DNA of 64,000 nt from Dehalococcoidia bacterium (lineage in GTDB: Bacteria; Chloroflexota; Dehalococcoidia; Lucifugimonadales; UBA3495). The DNA lies in contig CBDCQE010000003.1 of NCBI GenBank assembly GCA_965220505.1, positions 198,024 through 262,023 on the forward strand, in the 5' to 3' direction. Within the stretch, counting starts at the first letter, position 1; every line of letters begins with the position of its first letter. The translations under genes and the position numbers were made by a program. This document shows, in pieces, positions 45,568 through 54,713 of this stretch. Below the pieces are notes generated by a model, which searched no databases, had not been told where the DNA came from, and saw only the letters and a list, made by a program, of their open reading frames with translations.

Positions 45568-46524
45568 TCAACCCATGCTGAGTGTGCCCACGCCACCTAC
45601 AATCATCACTATGGACGCAGCTTTTACCGACAGCACGCGGGGGCTCAGCGACTCGTCCAGGAACTGCCAGCGCATGCGGGATAGGAGTGTGGAGGCGATG
45701 AACACGAACAGCGGTCGGGTCGCCAGGACCGCCGCCACCAGGGAGGCGGGGCCCAGGCTGTACGCGTAGACTCCCAGCAGGATGGATACCGCCGGCATCA
45801 GCGACTCGCCGAACAGGAGCATTGCCAGGACGCCCGGCTGTTTCACTGCGGACCACAGGCGGGGACCGCCGCTCAACCCGACGCAGAAGAACACCGCGCC
45901 CACCGTGGCCTGCTGGATCCCGAATACCGTCAGCACGGGAAGCTCAGCGTTCAGCGCGGCCTTGGCCACTACGAAGCTGGAGGCGGCGCACATCGCGCTG
46001 AGGATCAGCAGCGCCGGTCCGTAGACTGTGCCGCGGTCGCGCAGGTCGAAAATTGCGGTACTCGGAATCGCCAATCCCGCCCCGATCCGCCCGAAGGGCC
46101 GTTCCTGGAACAGCCGCACCGAGATGAGCACGGCACCCGCCACCACCAGGGCGATGCCGAACCATTGGGCGGGCGATATGTGCTCACCCAGGAACATCAG
46201 GGCCAGAATGGCGACGAAAATCGGATTAGTCTGGGAAATGGCGACGGCTCGCGAGGCCTCCATGAGACGGAGGCCGCGGAACAGGAGGACCACGGAGCAA
46301 CCCATGAACAGGCCAGCTACCGCGGGAGTCATCGCCACCTGCCAGGTAGTGCCGGCCGGAACCCCCACAATCGCAGCCACGATGGTGCCGTAGATCAGTC
46401 CGGTGGCCCCGCACCACAGGCACAGGGGCGGCACGCCGTTCAGGTGGAACGACAGCAGGCGCTTGTCGCAGACGCTGACGAAGCAAAATGCCAGGGCTGA
46501 GCCCAGCGCGAGCAGCGGCCACAT
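45568..46524 (-). CDS. EamA/DMT-family transporter
   Basis: About ten predicted TM helices, 318 aa, with the duplicated EamA-like architecture. Confidence 0.75.
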   Translation of the reverse strand: MWPLLALGSALAFCFVSVCDKRLLSFHLNGVPPLCLWCGATGLIYGTIVAAIVGVPAGTTWQVAMTPAVAGLFMGCSVVLLFRGLRLMEASRAVAISQTNPIFVAILALMFLGEHISPAQWFGIALVVAGAVLISVRLFQERPFGRIGAGLAIPSTAIFDLRDRGTVYGPALLILSAMCAASSFVVAKAALNAELPVLTVFGIQQATVGAVFFCVGLSGGPRLWSAVKQPGVLAMLLFGESLMPAVSILLGVYAYSLGPASLVAAVLATRPLFVFIASTLLSRMRWQFLDESLSPRVLSVKAASIVMIVGGVGTLSMG

Positions 46525-46668
46525 TACTCTAGGATAGCCTCGCGATTGGTTTCTGCGCTGCCGTGTCGAGCAAATTGACGCGAGACCGTCGCCGTCGCGA
46601 ACGCCGAGCGTCCGTCTCGTTGGCCGCCGAACACCCGTGGCCGGTCTATGCGGGACAAAGCGACAGGT

Positions 46669-47055
46669 TCAGACGCGGCAGTGGCCGTCGCATCGGCCCA
46701 GCCAGTTGCTGATGCGCATCCGGTTGCGCGCGAAGCCACGATAGAAGAGATCAAAGGCGGGGCGGGCCGGCCACCATTGGGTCCAACCCAGCATCCAGCC
46801 CAGGCCGGCCCGGCGGTAACCCTCGCGGAGGCTTTCCATGCCCACCGTGATGCTGCCGTCCGGTTTGATGCCGTACATGGCGGACTGGACCTGATCGGCG
46901 TCCAGTCCCCATGTTGCGGCGTCGAAATCCCCGGCGGAGATGTCCACGGGCTCGATGGCGTCGGGTCGGCGGCGGTACAGGTTCATCACCTCACGGCTGC
47001 ACATGGGGCATGACCCGTCGTATAGCATACGGAAACGATCACTCATCGCCGGCAT
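46669..47055 (-). CDS. thiol-disulfide oxidoreductase DCC family (DUF393)
   Basis: LYDGSCPMCSREV motif near the N-terminus; ~128 aa. Confidence 0.8.
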   Translation of the reverse strand: MPAMSDRFRMLYDGSCPMCSREVMNLYRRRPDAIEPVDISAGDFDAATWGLDADQVQSAMYGIKPDGSITVGMESLREGYRRAGLGWMLGWTQWWPARPAFDLFYRGFARNRMRISNWLGRCDGHCRV

Positions 47056-47086
47056 CCCCGCTGAGGCTTTGGGTTGCCCGGGTGGG

Positions 47087-48013
47087 TCAGTCGTCAGCCG
47101 GCGTGAGCACGGCAGCGTCGGCAGCTATCTGCGCGGCCTGCGCGGCGGCCAGGCTGGCCACGTCAGTGCCCACGTCCTGCACGCCGTACTTCTTTTCCAG
47201 CTCGTAAATGGCATCCAGGCCAAGTACGGAAGCGACGTCCCAGCGGGTGCCGTAGCGGTCCGGGTTCACCTTGCCGTCGCTCATGAGCTCTTCGTACGCG
47301 GCTCGCACCTGCTTGTAAATGAGCCAGATGGTGCTGCCGCAGATCATGATCTTGTAACCCAGTTCGTCCATGGTCTGCGTCGTGGCCAAGTCGCCGTTGT
47401 ACATGCGCGGCACGTCGGCCAGGTCGGCGGCGTAGCGCTGGATGTCGTCCTGGGACTTGATGCCGTCGACGAAGACCAGGTCGGCCCCGGCCTCGACGTA
47501 GGCGCGGCACCGGCTGACGGTATCCTCCCAGCCGGTGACGGCGTACGCGTCGCAGCGGGCGATGATGACGAAATCGGGGTCGGTTCGGGCGTCCAGCGCG
47601 GCATGGATCTTCTGGACGTGTTCCTCCACCGGGACGACCTGCTTCCCGGCGAAGAAGCCGCACTTCTTGGGGAACACCTGATCCTCCAGGTGTATCGCGG
47701 CCACGCCGGCGGACTCGTACTCGCGAACGGTGCGGTGCACGTTGAGCGGGTTGCCGTAGCCGGTGTCGGCGTCGCAGATCACCGGGATGTTGATGGCGTC
47801 CGCGATATACTTGGCGTTGGCGACCATTTCAGTCATGGTCAGCAGGCCAACGTCGGGGAAGCCTCGTTCGGCGGCAGTGCCGGCCCCGGTCATGTACACG
47901 GCCTGGTGTCCGACGTCTTCGGCGATGCGGGCGTGCAGGGCATTGAGCACGAAGGGGGCGACGACCATCCGGTCGGATGCGAGCATCTGGCGCAGCTTGG
48001 CAGTGGCTTTCAT
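47087..48013 (-). CDS. isocitrate lyase / PEP mutase family enzyme (methylisocitrate-lyase or CPEP-mutase-like)
   Basis: VICDADTGYGNPLNV and AAIHLEDQVFPKKCG motifs. Start set at the ATG at 48013. Confidence 0.85.
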   Translation of the reverse strand: MKATAKLRQMLASDRMVVAPFVLNALHARIAEDVGHQAVYMTGAGTAAERGFPDVGLLTMTEMVANAKYIADAINIPVICDADTGYGNPLNVHRTVREYESAGVAAIHLEDQVFPKKCGFFAGKQVVPVEEHVQKIHAALDARTDPDFVIIARCDAYAVTGWEDTVSRCRAYVEAGADLVFVDGIKSQDDIQRYAADLADVPRMYNGDLATTQTMDELGYKIMICGSTIWLIYKQVRAAYEELMSDGKVNPDRYGTRWDVASVLGLDAIYELEKKYGVQDVGTDVASLAAAQAAQIAADAAVLTPADD

Positions 48014-48038
48014 AGTTGCAAAACCTCCACGGTCTAAA

Positions 48039-48073
48039 TTTACATGGATGTACAAGATGAACGGGATTAGGAT
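48039..48073. repeat. left inverted repeat bracketing the GxxExxY gene
   Basis: tttacatggatgtacaagatgaacgggattagg matches the reverse complement of 48461-48493 (tttacatggatggacaggataaacaggatgg) at about 24 of 29 positions. Confidence 0.7.
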
Positions 48074-48456
48074 TTGAGGGCAGGATAGTCACTTCTGCGG
48101 GTAAAGCGGCGATATTGGAGTTTAGGATTGCCAAAGTTGATCAACAATCCCACGGGAATGCCAGTGGCGTTGAGGTAGTTGATTATCTGCGCTTCGTTTT
48201 GTGGCGTCAGTGCTGGCACTGCTTTGAGTTCGACAATCACACTCTCACCAACCAGCAAGTCTGCGTAAAAGTCTCCGACTGGCCGGCCGCGGAAACACAC
48301 GCTGATAGGCACCTGCGCTTGAACTCTAACGCCGGCATCCGACAGGGCAACAATCATAGCCTTCTCGTACACCGATTCCAGGAAACCGGCGCCGAGCTCA
48401 TTGCTAACGGCAAAAGCACACCCGATTATCTTCCTGGTCAAATCCGAATGTATCAT
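48067..48456 (-). CDS. GxxExxY-family protein (PD-(D/E)xK-like small protein)
   Basis: MIHSDLTRKIIGCAFAVSNELGAGFLESVYEKAM (G-F-L-E-S-V-Y) ...DLLVGESVIVELKAV...QIINYL...GLLINFG. Start set at the ATG at 48456. Confidence 0.85.
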   Translation of the reverse strand: MIHSDLTRKIIGCAFAVSNELGAGFLESVYEKAMIVALSDAGVRVQAQVPISVCFRGRPVGDFYADLLVGESVIVELKAVPALTPQNEAQIINYLNATGIPVGLLINFGNPKLQYRRFTRRSDYPALKS

Positions 48457-48460
48457 CGTT

Positions 48461-48493
48461 CCATCCTGTTTATCCTGTCCATCCATGTAAAAA
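48461..48493. repeat. right inverted repeat bracketing the GxxExxY gene
   Basis: ccatcctgtttatcctgtccatccatgtaaaaa. Phased atcctg units. A related solo copy lies at 54301-54330. Confidence 0.7.
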
Positions 48494-48504
48494 TTCATAT
48501 CCGG

Positions 48505-49206
48505 TCAGAAGATACGGTCGGTTTCTTCCACCAGCGGGGGCAGGAGGGCTTCCATCCAGGGAACCATGTCGCGGAGGACTTCCACCGGGATTTCGTGGCC
48601 CATGTTGTACTCGTTATAGGACAGGTTGTAGTGCTCCGCGTCGAGAAATTCCCGGGTCCGGCGCGCGCTGTCCATCGAAACCATCTGGTCATGCAGGCCG
48701 TGGGCGACGAAAACCGGCTGTTTGCGGTGGTCTGGCAAGCGCGGTCGCAGGATCTCGGGGTCCGGCAGGGATGCGCTGAGGGCGACCAGCGCAACGAACT
48801 TGTCCGGCCGCTCCAGGCCCATGCGGTAGGTCATGCCGCCGCCCTGGGAGAAGCCCAACAGCACGGCCCGGTCTTCCTGCGCCCGAAACTCTTTCAGCAC
48901 CTCTGAAAAGAAGGCATCCAGGAGCGACTCCGCCTGGTCGAAATGCTCCTCGGTCGCCTGGCCCCGGGGCGGATGCCAGCCGTAGCCGATCATACCGGGG
49001 GCCAGTTCAAAGGGGATCGGCGCGTTGGGGCATACGTACACGTAGCCCTTGCGGTTGATGGACGGGGCGAGGCCGGCGAGGTCCTGCATGTTGGCGCCAA
49101 AACCGTGCAGCATGACCACCACTGGGTAGTCGGCGTCGTAATCGTCAGGAAAGATGACGAGATAGTGGAGGCCGTCGTCGGCTACCCTGCGCTGTTCGGC
49201 GTGCAT
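48505..49206 (-). CDS. alpha/beta hydrolase (phospholipase/carboxylesterase family)
   Basis: VVVMLHGFGAN, nucleophile elbow LLGFSQGGGM, and C-terminal VFVAHGLHDQMV...H. Confidence 0.8.
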   Translation of the reverse strand: MHAEQRRVADDGLHYLVIFPDDYDADYPVVVMLHGFGANMQDLAGLAPSINRKGYVYVCPNAPIPFELAPGMIGYGWHPPRGQATEEHFDQAESLLDAFFSEVLKEFRAQEDRAVLLGFSQGGGMTYRMGLERPDKFVALVALSASLPDPEILRPRLPDHRKQPVFVAHGLHDQMVSMDSARRTREFLDAEHYNLSYNEYNMGHEIPVEVLRDMVPWMEALLPPLVEETDRIF

Positions 49207-49545
49207 CAGTCAGGCTCCTTTGTGTCGATACGCGACGGGGGAATAGCCCAATCGTAACATATCGGAGCCCAGGGACCCTTTGGGGAAGCAGGCGCCGGGC
49301 ACGCCGGCGGCGGGTCAGCGCCGTCAACAGCCGGGTTGGCCGGGGTTTCCGCAGCAAATGCGCCGGGAGGCTATCTTGCGCCGCACGTTGGCAGCCGCCA
49401 GGGCCAACACCTGACGCCACGGCAGGCCGGCGCCGCGCAGGTTCGTGAACGCTGATCCCGGGCCATCCGGACGATTAGGCTCGTGGCGGTGTGGATGACC
49501 GTGTTCGGGTTCCTGGTCTGCCATGGGCGGTTTCCGATGCGGCGT

Positions 49546-50301
49546 TCAGGCCCGGGTGACGGCGGCGTTAGTGTCGCCGCTGCCGAACACGCCGAAGGGG
49601 TTGAGAGAACGCGGCGCATCATAGACGTCCATCCGCTCGGTGCGTTTCAGCCAGCCAACCACGGCGTAGGTGATCGGGGTGGCGGCGACCTCGTACAGCG
49701 ACTTGGCGATCCAGGCGCATACGGCGGCGTTGAACACCGGCAGCCACGAGCCGTCCGGGCCAACCCACAAGCCCGAAACTCCGAAGGCGATAGTGAAGAA
49801 CAGGATGGAGTCGATGCCCTGTCCGACCACGGTGGAAGATATGGTGCGGAGCCACAGGAAGCGCCCCCGGGTGCGGTTCTTGAGCAGCACCATGACGACG
49901 GCGTTGGAAAACTCGCCCACGATGTAAGCAACGAAGGAACCGAGCATGATCCACCCGGTTGCCCCCAGAATGGTCTCGTATTCCGCCTGGTTTTCCCAGA
50001 AGACCGCGCCGGGAATCATGCCTCCAACCCAGAAGAGGAGCACCATCAACAGGTTGCACACGAAGCCCAGCCAGATGACGCCACGAGCCACGCGGAACCC
50101 GTACACCTCGGTTAGGATGTCGCTGATTATGTAGCCAATGGGGAAGCAGACGATGGCTGCCGACACCACGAACAGGTCGCTGCCGATAAAGTTGAACGGC
50201 AGGGTGAACAGAGACACCGGCTTGATGGCGATGATGTTGCTGACCAACAGCACCGTCACCGCCAACGCCGCGATGATGACCAGTTTCCCGGAGAATTGCA
50301 A
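49546..50301 (-). CDS. yhhQ: queuosine-precursor transporter (YhhQ / DUF165 family)
   Basis: IAIKPVSLF...FPIGYIISDILTEVYGFRVARGVIWLGFVCNLLM matches YhhQ. The tracked ATG at 50394 would overlap glnA by 64 nt. A TTG at 50301 preceded by GAGAGGA is the more plausible start, but this is uncertain. Confidence 0.75.
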   Translation of the reverse strand: MQFSGKLVIIAALAVTVLLVSNIIAIKPVSLFTLPFNFIGSDLFVVSAAIVCFPIGYIISDILTEVYGFRVARGVIWLGFVCNLLMVLLFWVGGMIPGAVFWENQAEYETILGATGWIMLGSFVAYIVGEFSNAVVMVLLKNRTRGRFLWLRTISSTVVGQGIDSILFFTIAFGVSGLWVGPDGSWLPVFNAAVCAWIAKSLYEVAATPITYAVVGWLKRTERMDVYDAPRSLNPFGVFGSGDTNAAVTRA

Positions 50302-50330
50302 AAGTGTCCTCTCTGGCAGGGGAGCCGGGC

Positions 50331-51671
50331 CTACAGCAGCGGCAGGTAGCGTGAGATCTCGTAATCGGTGACGGTAGAGCGGTATTGTTCCCACTCCTGT
50401 TTCTTGTTGCGTATCAGGGTTTCGAAGACGAAATCACCCAGTGTCTTGCGCAGCAGGTCGCTGTCTTCAGCCAGCGCGATGGCCTCGCCCATGCTGGTGG
50501 GCAGCCGCCCGATGCCGCGGGCAGTACGCTCCTCGGCGGACATGGAAGCCACGTTGCCGGTGATGGGAGACGGCAGCGGGTATTCTTCCTCGATACCCTT
50601 CATGCCGGCGGCCAGCAGCGCGCTGAACGCCAGGTACGGGTTGCAGGCCGGGTCCGGGGCGCGGTACTCCACACGCAGGGAGGTCTCGTAGCCGGCCTTG
50701 TACGAGGGCACCCGTATGAGGTCCAGGCGGTTGGACATGGTCCAGGACACGTGCACCGGAGCCTCGTATCCGGGCACCAGGCGCTTGTAGGAGTTCACCC
50801 ACTGGTTGGTCACCAGGGTGATCTCGGAGGCATGGCGCAGGAGGCCCGCGATGAACCGCTTGCCGATGACGGACAGGTGCAGGTCGTCGTCCGGGTCGTA
50901 GAAGGCGTTGTTGTTGCCGCGGAACAGCGACTGGTGGGTGTGCATCCCGCTGCCGTTGGCCGTGGAAAACGGCTTGGGCATGAACGAGGCGTAGACCCCC
51001 TGTTGCTGGGCCAGTTCCTTGATGACCATGCGGGCGGTCATGACGTTGTCGGCCATGGTCAGAGCATCGGTGTACTGGAGGTCGATTTCATGCTGGCTGG
51101 GCGCGCCCTCGTGGTGGGAGTATTTTACGGGGATACCCATTTCGGCCAGGTTGAGCACGGTGTCCCGCCGCAGGTCGGAAGCGGGGTTGCTGGAGAGTTG
51201 GTCGTAATACCCGTAGGTGTCCAGGGGTTCCGGCGTTTCGGCGTCCCGCAGGTAGAAATATTCCAGCTCGGGCCCCACGTAGTAGATGTAGCCTAGGCTG
51301 GCCAGACGCTCCAGATTGCGCTTCAGCACGTGGCGCGGATCTCCGATGAACGGCTCCCCCCTGGGGGTGCGGACGTCGCAGAAAATGCGGGCCACGGCGT
51401 TGCGCCGGGGGCGCCAGGGCAGGAGCGTGAAGGTGGTCGGGTCCGGGAAGGCGCGCATATCGCTTTCCGTGTCGGTGCTATAGCCCTCGATGGCCGCGCC
51501 GTCGAAGCCGACGCCCAGCTCCAGGGCATCCTCCAGGTCATCCACGGTGATGGCGAATCCCTTGAGGTTTCCCAGGATGTCGGTGAACCACAGGCGGATG
51601 AACTTGACGTCGAAGTCGCGGGCGCTGCGGAGCACGTACTCGCGCTCGGCGGCGTGGTGGTCAGTCAGCAC
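50331..51671 (-). CDS. glnA: glutamine synthetase, type I
   Basis: VKFIRLWFTDILGNLKGFAI, FMPKPFSTANGSGMHTHQSLF and the NRLDLIRVP...RVEYRAPDPACNPYLAF motifs. Confidence 0.95.
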   Translation of the reverse strand: MLTDHHAAEREYVLRSARDFDVKFIRLWFTDILGNLKGFAITVDDLEDALELGVGFDGAAIEGYSTDTESDMRAFPDPTTFTLLPWRPRRNAVARIFCDVRTPRGEPFIGDPRHVLKRNLERLASLGYIYYVGPELEYFYLRDAETPEPLDTYGYYDQLSSNPASDLRRDTVLNLAEMGIPVKYSHHEGAPSQHEIDLQYTDALTMADNVMTARMVIKELAQQQGVYASFMPKPFSTANGSGMHTHQSLFRGNNNAFYDPDDDLHLSVIGKRFIAGLLRHASEITLVTNQWVNSYKRLVPGYEAPVHVSWTMSNRLDLIRVPSYKAGYETSLRVEYRAPDPACNPYLAFSALLAAGMKGIEEEYPLPSPITGNVASMSAEERTARGIGRLPTSMGEAIALAEDSDLLRKTLGDFVFETLIRNKKQEWEQYRSTVTDYEISRYLPLL

Positions 51672-51689
51672 GGGACATCTCCTGATGCT

Positions 51690-51950
51690 TTAGTTTCTAA
51701 AACGGGGCGGGATGTTGCCGTCCAAGGCGGAAAGGAACTCTGAATCGGTTACGCCAGATTTACGGATCATATCCGTTACCGTGCCCAGCGGGATAATGCC
51801 CCGGTGCCTTGGGATAAAAACCGTCAATCCTAATCCTTCATGGCTCAACTTATTGTGAGGCCCTCGACCACTGCCATCGTGCCTAAATCCCAGCCGCAGG
51901 TACGCTGCTCGCACTTCACGCTCTCGCAGGTTACGAAAATACGGTGGCAT
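51690..51950 (-). CDS. hicA: HicA-family toxin (mRNA interferase)
   Basis: REVRAAYLRLGFRHDGSGRGPHNKLSHE...TVFIPRHRGIIPLGTVTDMIRKSGV follows the HicA pattern (GSH...P.H...I..GTL..I.K..G). Its start overlaps the hicB stop by 1 nt (TGATG at 51948-51952). Confidence 0.75.
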   Translation of the reverse strand: MPPYFRNLREREVRAAYLRLGFRHDGSGRGPHNKLSHEGLGLTVFIPRHRGIIPLGTVTDMIRKSGVTDSEFLSALDGNIPPRFRN

Positions 51951-52306
51951 CAGATAACCGGAAAAACTACGCCTTCAAAACGAGGGTTGCTCCGGATTTC
52001 CTCTTCAGTCATAAATCGTGGTTCAATCCAATGGAATTCGGTAACCCCGCCCCTCTCTTGGTACTCCCAAAGCGAGACTTTCTTCTCGTATTCCGTTTGC
52101 TCCGGATCGAGGATCACTGCTGGAGGCCGACCCGGTTCTTCTTCCAAGTATAATGCCATGGCGTCGGCAATCATCATCAGAGCCTCCTCGCGGGTCTGGC
52201 CGTCGGAGACGCAGCCGCGCATGGCGAGACAAACCGCCGTCCACCAAAGATTATCCGGGTGGTCGAGGTTCGGGTATTTGACCAGCACCACTTCGTACTT
52301 TGCCAT
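51950..52306 (-). CDS. hicB: HicB-like antitoxin (N-terminal HicB fold; unrecognised C-terminal tail)
   Basis: MAKYEVVLVKYPNLDHPDNLWWTAVCLAMRGCVSDGQTREEALMMIADAMALYLEE matches the HicB N-terminal domain. ATG at 52306 follows GAGGAG. Confidence 0.7.
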   Translation of the reverse strand: MAKYEVVLVKYPNLDHPDNLWWTAVCLAMRGCVSDGQTREEALMMIADAMALYLEEEPGRPPAVILDPEQTEYEKKVSLWEYQERGGVTEFHWIEPRFMTEEEIRSNPRFEGVVFPVI

Positions 52307-52406
52307 CACACTCACTCCTCTTCCACCTCGCGCTTGATGTCGTCCCAATGCACCATACGCTTGGAGATTCCCTTGCCACGCCCCGGAATTGGCATAACAG
52401 ATTTCC

Positions 52407-52664
52407 CTAAGGCCGCTCGTTGAAAGTCGTCGGGTAGCCGATGCGGAAGGCAAAGTGGGGCGGCATTTCGCCCTTGGGAATTTGGTGTTTCTCGGCCATT
52501 CTAAAGTCGGCAAGCCCCAGCCGGTCGTCAATTTCATAGTGGCCGGTTTCCACGTTGAGCACCAGGTACTTGCCGTTGAGCTCAGGTTCCACCAGATGCT
52601 TGATGTCGGCGTTGTAGATGCCCCAGGCTCTTTTCCGCAGGCTCTCCGGATTGTCGGCAGCCAT
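52407..52664 (-). CDS. small conserved protein, paralog of 32799-33077 (no adjacent protease)
   Basis: 85-aa ORF. IYNADIKHLVEPELNGKYLVLNVETGHYEIDD...FRIGYPT aligns with IYQRDIRPLVEADHHGKVIAIDVDSGDYAVAD...MRVGYPT. Confidence 0.55.
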   Translation of the reverse strand: MAADNPESLRKRAWGIYNADIKHLVEPELNGKYLVLNVETGHYEIDDRLGLADFRMAEKHQIPKGEMPPHFAFRIGYPTTFNERP

Positions 52665-52693
52665 ATCATCCTCCCCGCGTGTTGCAGTTGCAG

Positions 52694-52719
52694 TAGGGGC
52701 GAATGATCATTCGCCCCTA
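52694..52719. terminator. 26-nt perfect palindrome taggggcgaatgatcattcgccccta downstream of amt
   Basis: Read directly. About 100 nt after the amt stop on the minus strand. Same aggggcgaa/ttcgcccct arms as the terminator at 38470. Confidence 0.6.
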
Positions 52720-52822
52720 CGTCACTGCTCTCGCCCCAGCATGTGGCAATTGTATCACCGGGCGTCAGGCATCGAAGTGCTTGAAGAATTTGACTTGTAG
52801 TCCACCCAGCCGACAAATCAAC

Positions 52823-54043
52823 CTAGATGTTCATCCTCTCGCCATGCTGGGTCAGGTCCACGCCAATCTCCTCTTCCTGGTCAGTGACCCGCAGGCCGAT
52901 GGTGTACTTGAGGGCAAGCAGGATGATGGCGGAAATCACGAAGGACCAGGCGAAAGCGGCGGCAATGCCGATGATCTGGTAGAGAATTTGCTCAATGCGC
53001 GTGACGTCGGCGTCCAGCGCGCCGAAGCCGATGCCGACGAAAATTCCCGTTGCCAGCGCGCCCCACATGCCGCCAATGCCGTGGATGCCGAACACGTCCA
53101 GCGAGTCGTCGATGCGGAACTTGTGCACCAGTTCAACGGCGATGAAGCAGGCTCCGCCGGCGCCGGCGCCGATGATGATGGCGGGCATGACACCCACAAA
53201 ACCGGCGGCGGGAGTGATCGCCACCAGGCCGGCCACCGCGCCGGCCGCCGCGCCGCTAGCCGACGGGCGCTTGGTGATGAACCAGGAGATGATGGACCAG
53301 GAGGACATGGCGGTGGCCGCCGCCACGTTGGTAACCACGAAGGCATTGGCCGCGTCGGCGGAGCTGAGGTTGAAACTGCTGCCGGCGTTGAAGCCGAACC
53401 AGCCGAACCAGAGCAGGCCGGCGCCCAGCAGCACCAGCGGAACGTTGTCGGGAGCCAGGGTCGCCGTGCCGAAGCCGCTGCGGCGTCCCACGATCAGCGC
53501 GGCAGCCAGGGCGGCCGTGCCCGACGCGATATGGACCACGGTGCCGCCGGCGAAGTCCAGGGCAAATCCGGCTTCGCTCATCCCCAGCAGTGGGCCCAGG
53601 TTGCCCAGCCATCCGCCGCCCCAAACCCAGTGACACAGTGGGGCGTAGACGATGGTCACCCACAGCGCGGCGAAGATGATGTAGGACTGGAACTTGAACC
53701 GCTCGGCAAAGCCGCCGGCGATCAGCGCGACGGTGATGATGGCGAACATGCCCTGGAAGATCATAAATGCCTGTTCGTCCAGGCCGACGCCGATCATGCC
53801 GAACTTGGTGAGGTCACCCACGAAGCCCAGGCCGCCGACGCTGGTGCTGAAAGCCAGGCTGTAACCCCAGAGCACCCACAGCACGCTGACCACCCCGATG
53901 GCGGTGATCGAGTGCATCATCGTGCCGATCACGTTCTTGTGGCGCACCAGCCCGCCGTAGAACAGCGCCAGGCCGGGCACCATAAGGAACACCAGAGCGG
54001 CTGATATCAGGAAAGAAAATACTTCCAGCTCAGTGAATTCCAT
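52823..54043 (-). CDS. amt: ammonium transporter
   Basis: ALVFLMVPGLALFYGGLVRHKN, FAGGTVVHIASG and DDSLDVFGIHGIGGMWGAL motifs. Start set at the ATG at 54043, after GGGGAGAAAGAG. Confidence 0.95.
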   Translation of the reverse strand: MEFTELEVFSFLISAALVFLMVPGLALFYGGLVRHKNVIGTMMHSITAIGVVSVLWVLWGYSLAFSTSVGGLGFVGDLTKFGMIGVGLDEQAFMIFQGMFAIITVALIAGGFAERFKFQSYIIFAALWVTIVYAPLCHWVWGGGWLGNLGPLLGMSEAGFALDFAGGTVVHIASGTAALAAALIVGRRSGFGTATLAPDNVPLVLLGAGLLWFGWFGFNAGSSFNLSSADAANAFVVTNVAAATAMSSWSIISWFITKRPSASGAAAGAVAGLVAITPAAGFVGVMPAIIIGAGAGGACFIAVELVHKFRIDDSLDVFGIHGIGGMWGALATGIFVGIGFGALDADVTRIEQILYQIIGIAAAFAWSFVISAIILLALKYTIGLRVTDQEEEIGVDLTQHGERMNI

Positions 54044-54300
54044 ATCTCTTTCTCCCCACTGATGTTGGTCGCCAATGGTGATTGGTCGCATCGCCGTCGC
54101 GGCCCGCTCAGGAGCGGATGACCATGCCGGGAACGGTGGCACCGCGATGCGTGGATCGGCCAACGATTTACCGCATAAATTTAGGTATCCGGTGTTACGG
54201 ACGAATGACGTAATTGTTACAAAGATGTTTCGGGGCAGCCGGCAACTTCCGTTACGAAAGCTGCGCCGATGGCGAAATTGCACCTGCCCAGGGCTGTCAG

Positions 54301-54330
54301 CATCCTGCCCATCCTGTGCATCCATGCAAA
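54301..54330. repeat. solo copy of the atcctg-phased repeat seen flanking the GxxExxY gene
   Basis: catcctgcccatcctgtgcatccatgcaaa versus catcctgtttatcctgtccatccatgtaaa (48462-48491): about 25 of 30 identical. Confidence 0.65.
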
Positions 54331-54713
54331 TGTACCCCGGCAACCCCGCAAGCCGGTAGGCATGAGCGCTCACCCCGTGTGCTTAACAGCCGACATCGCC
54401 CCGCTGTTAGGATCGAAACGACAGAATCGGCGGCCTACTGTTGGCGGCCTCCGTCGACGACCAGTTCGGGAGCTTGGACGCGGCCATCCGCGTGTTCGCG
54501 GGCTATTTTACACTCAGCGCAACGCTGGTCTGGCTGGTGGGCCGGGTGAGAAACGTGGGCGCGCCCACGAGTGGGTGACCGGGTTTAGAACGTGTTGATG
54601 CTGGGATACCCTTGTTGGCATTCCACGAGACGGTAATATCTCCGCCTCTTATTGTATTGTCAAACCGCCTGTGCTCACCTTGGTTTAGGGTCAACTCAAA
54701 TGGCCGTTGACTT

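Noticed and set aside
50302-50330. Possible preQ1 riboswitch ahead of yhhQ.
   Set aside because: At most ~29 nt separate the glnA stop from the plausible yhhQ start, too short for a riboswitch, and no preQ1-like hairpin/ACAAAA-type tail was seen.
54170-54215. Direct tgttac...tgttaca repeats and gtaattgttac upstream of amt, considered as a GlnR/TnrA (TGTNA-N7-TNACA) or NtcA (GTA-N8-TAC) site.
   Set aside because: Spacing and half-sites do not fit either consensus when written out.
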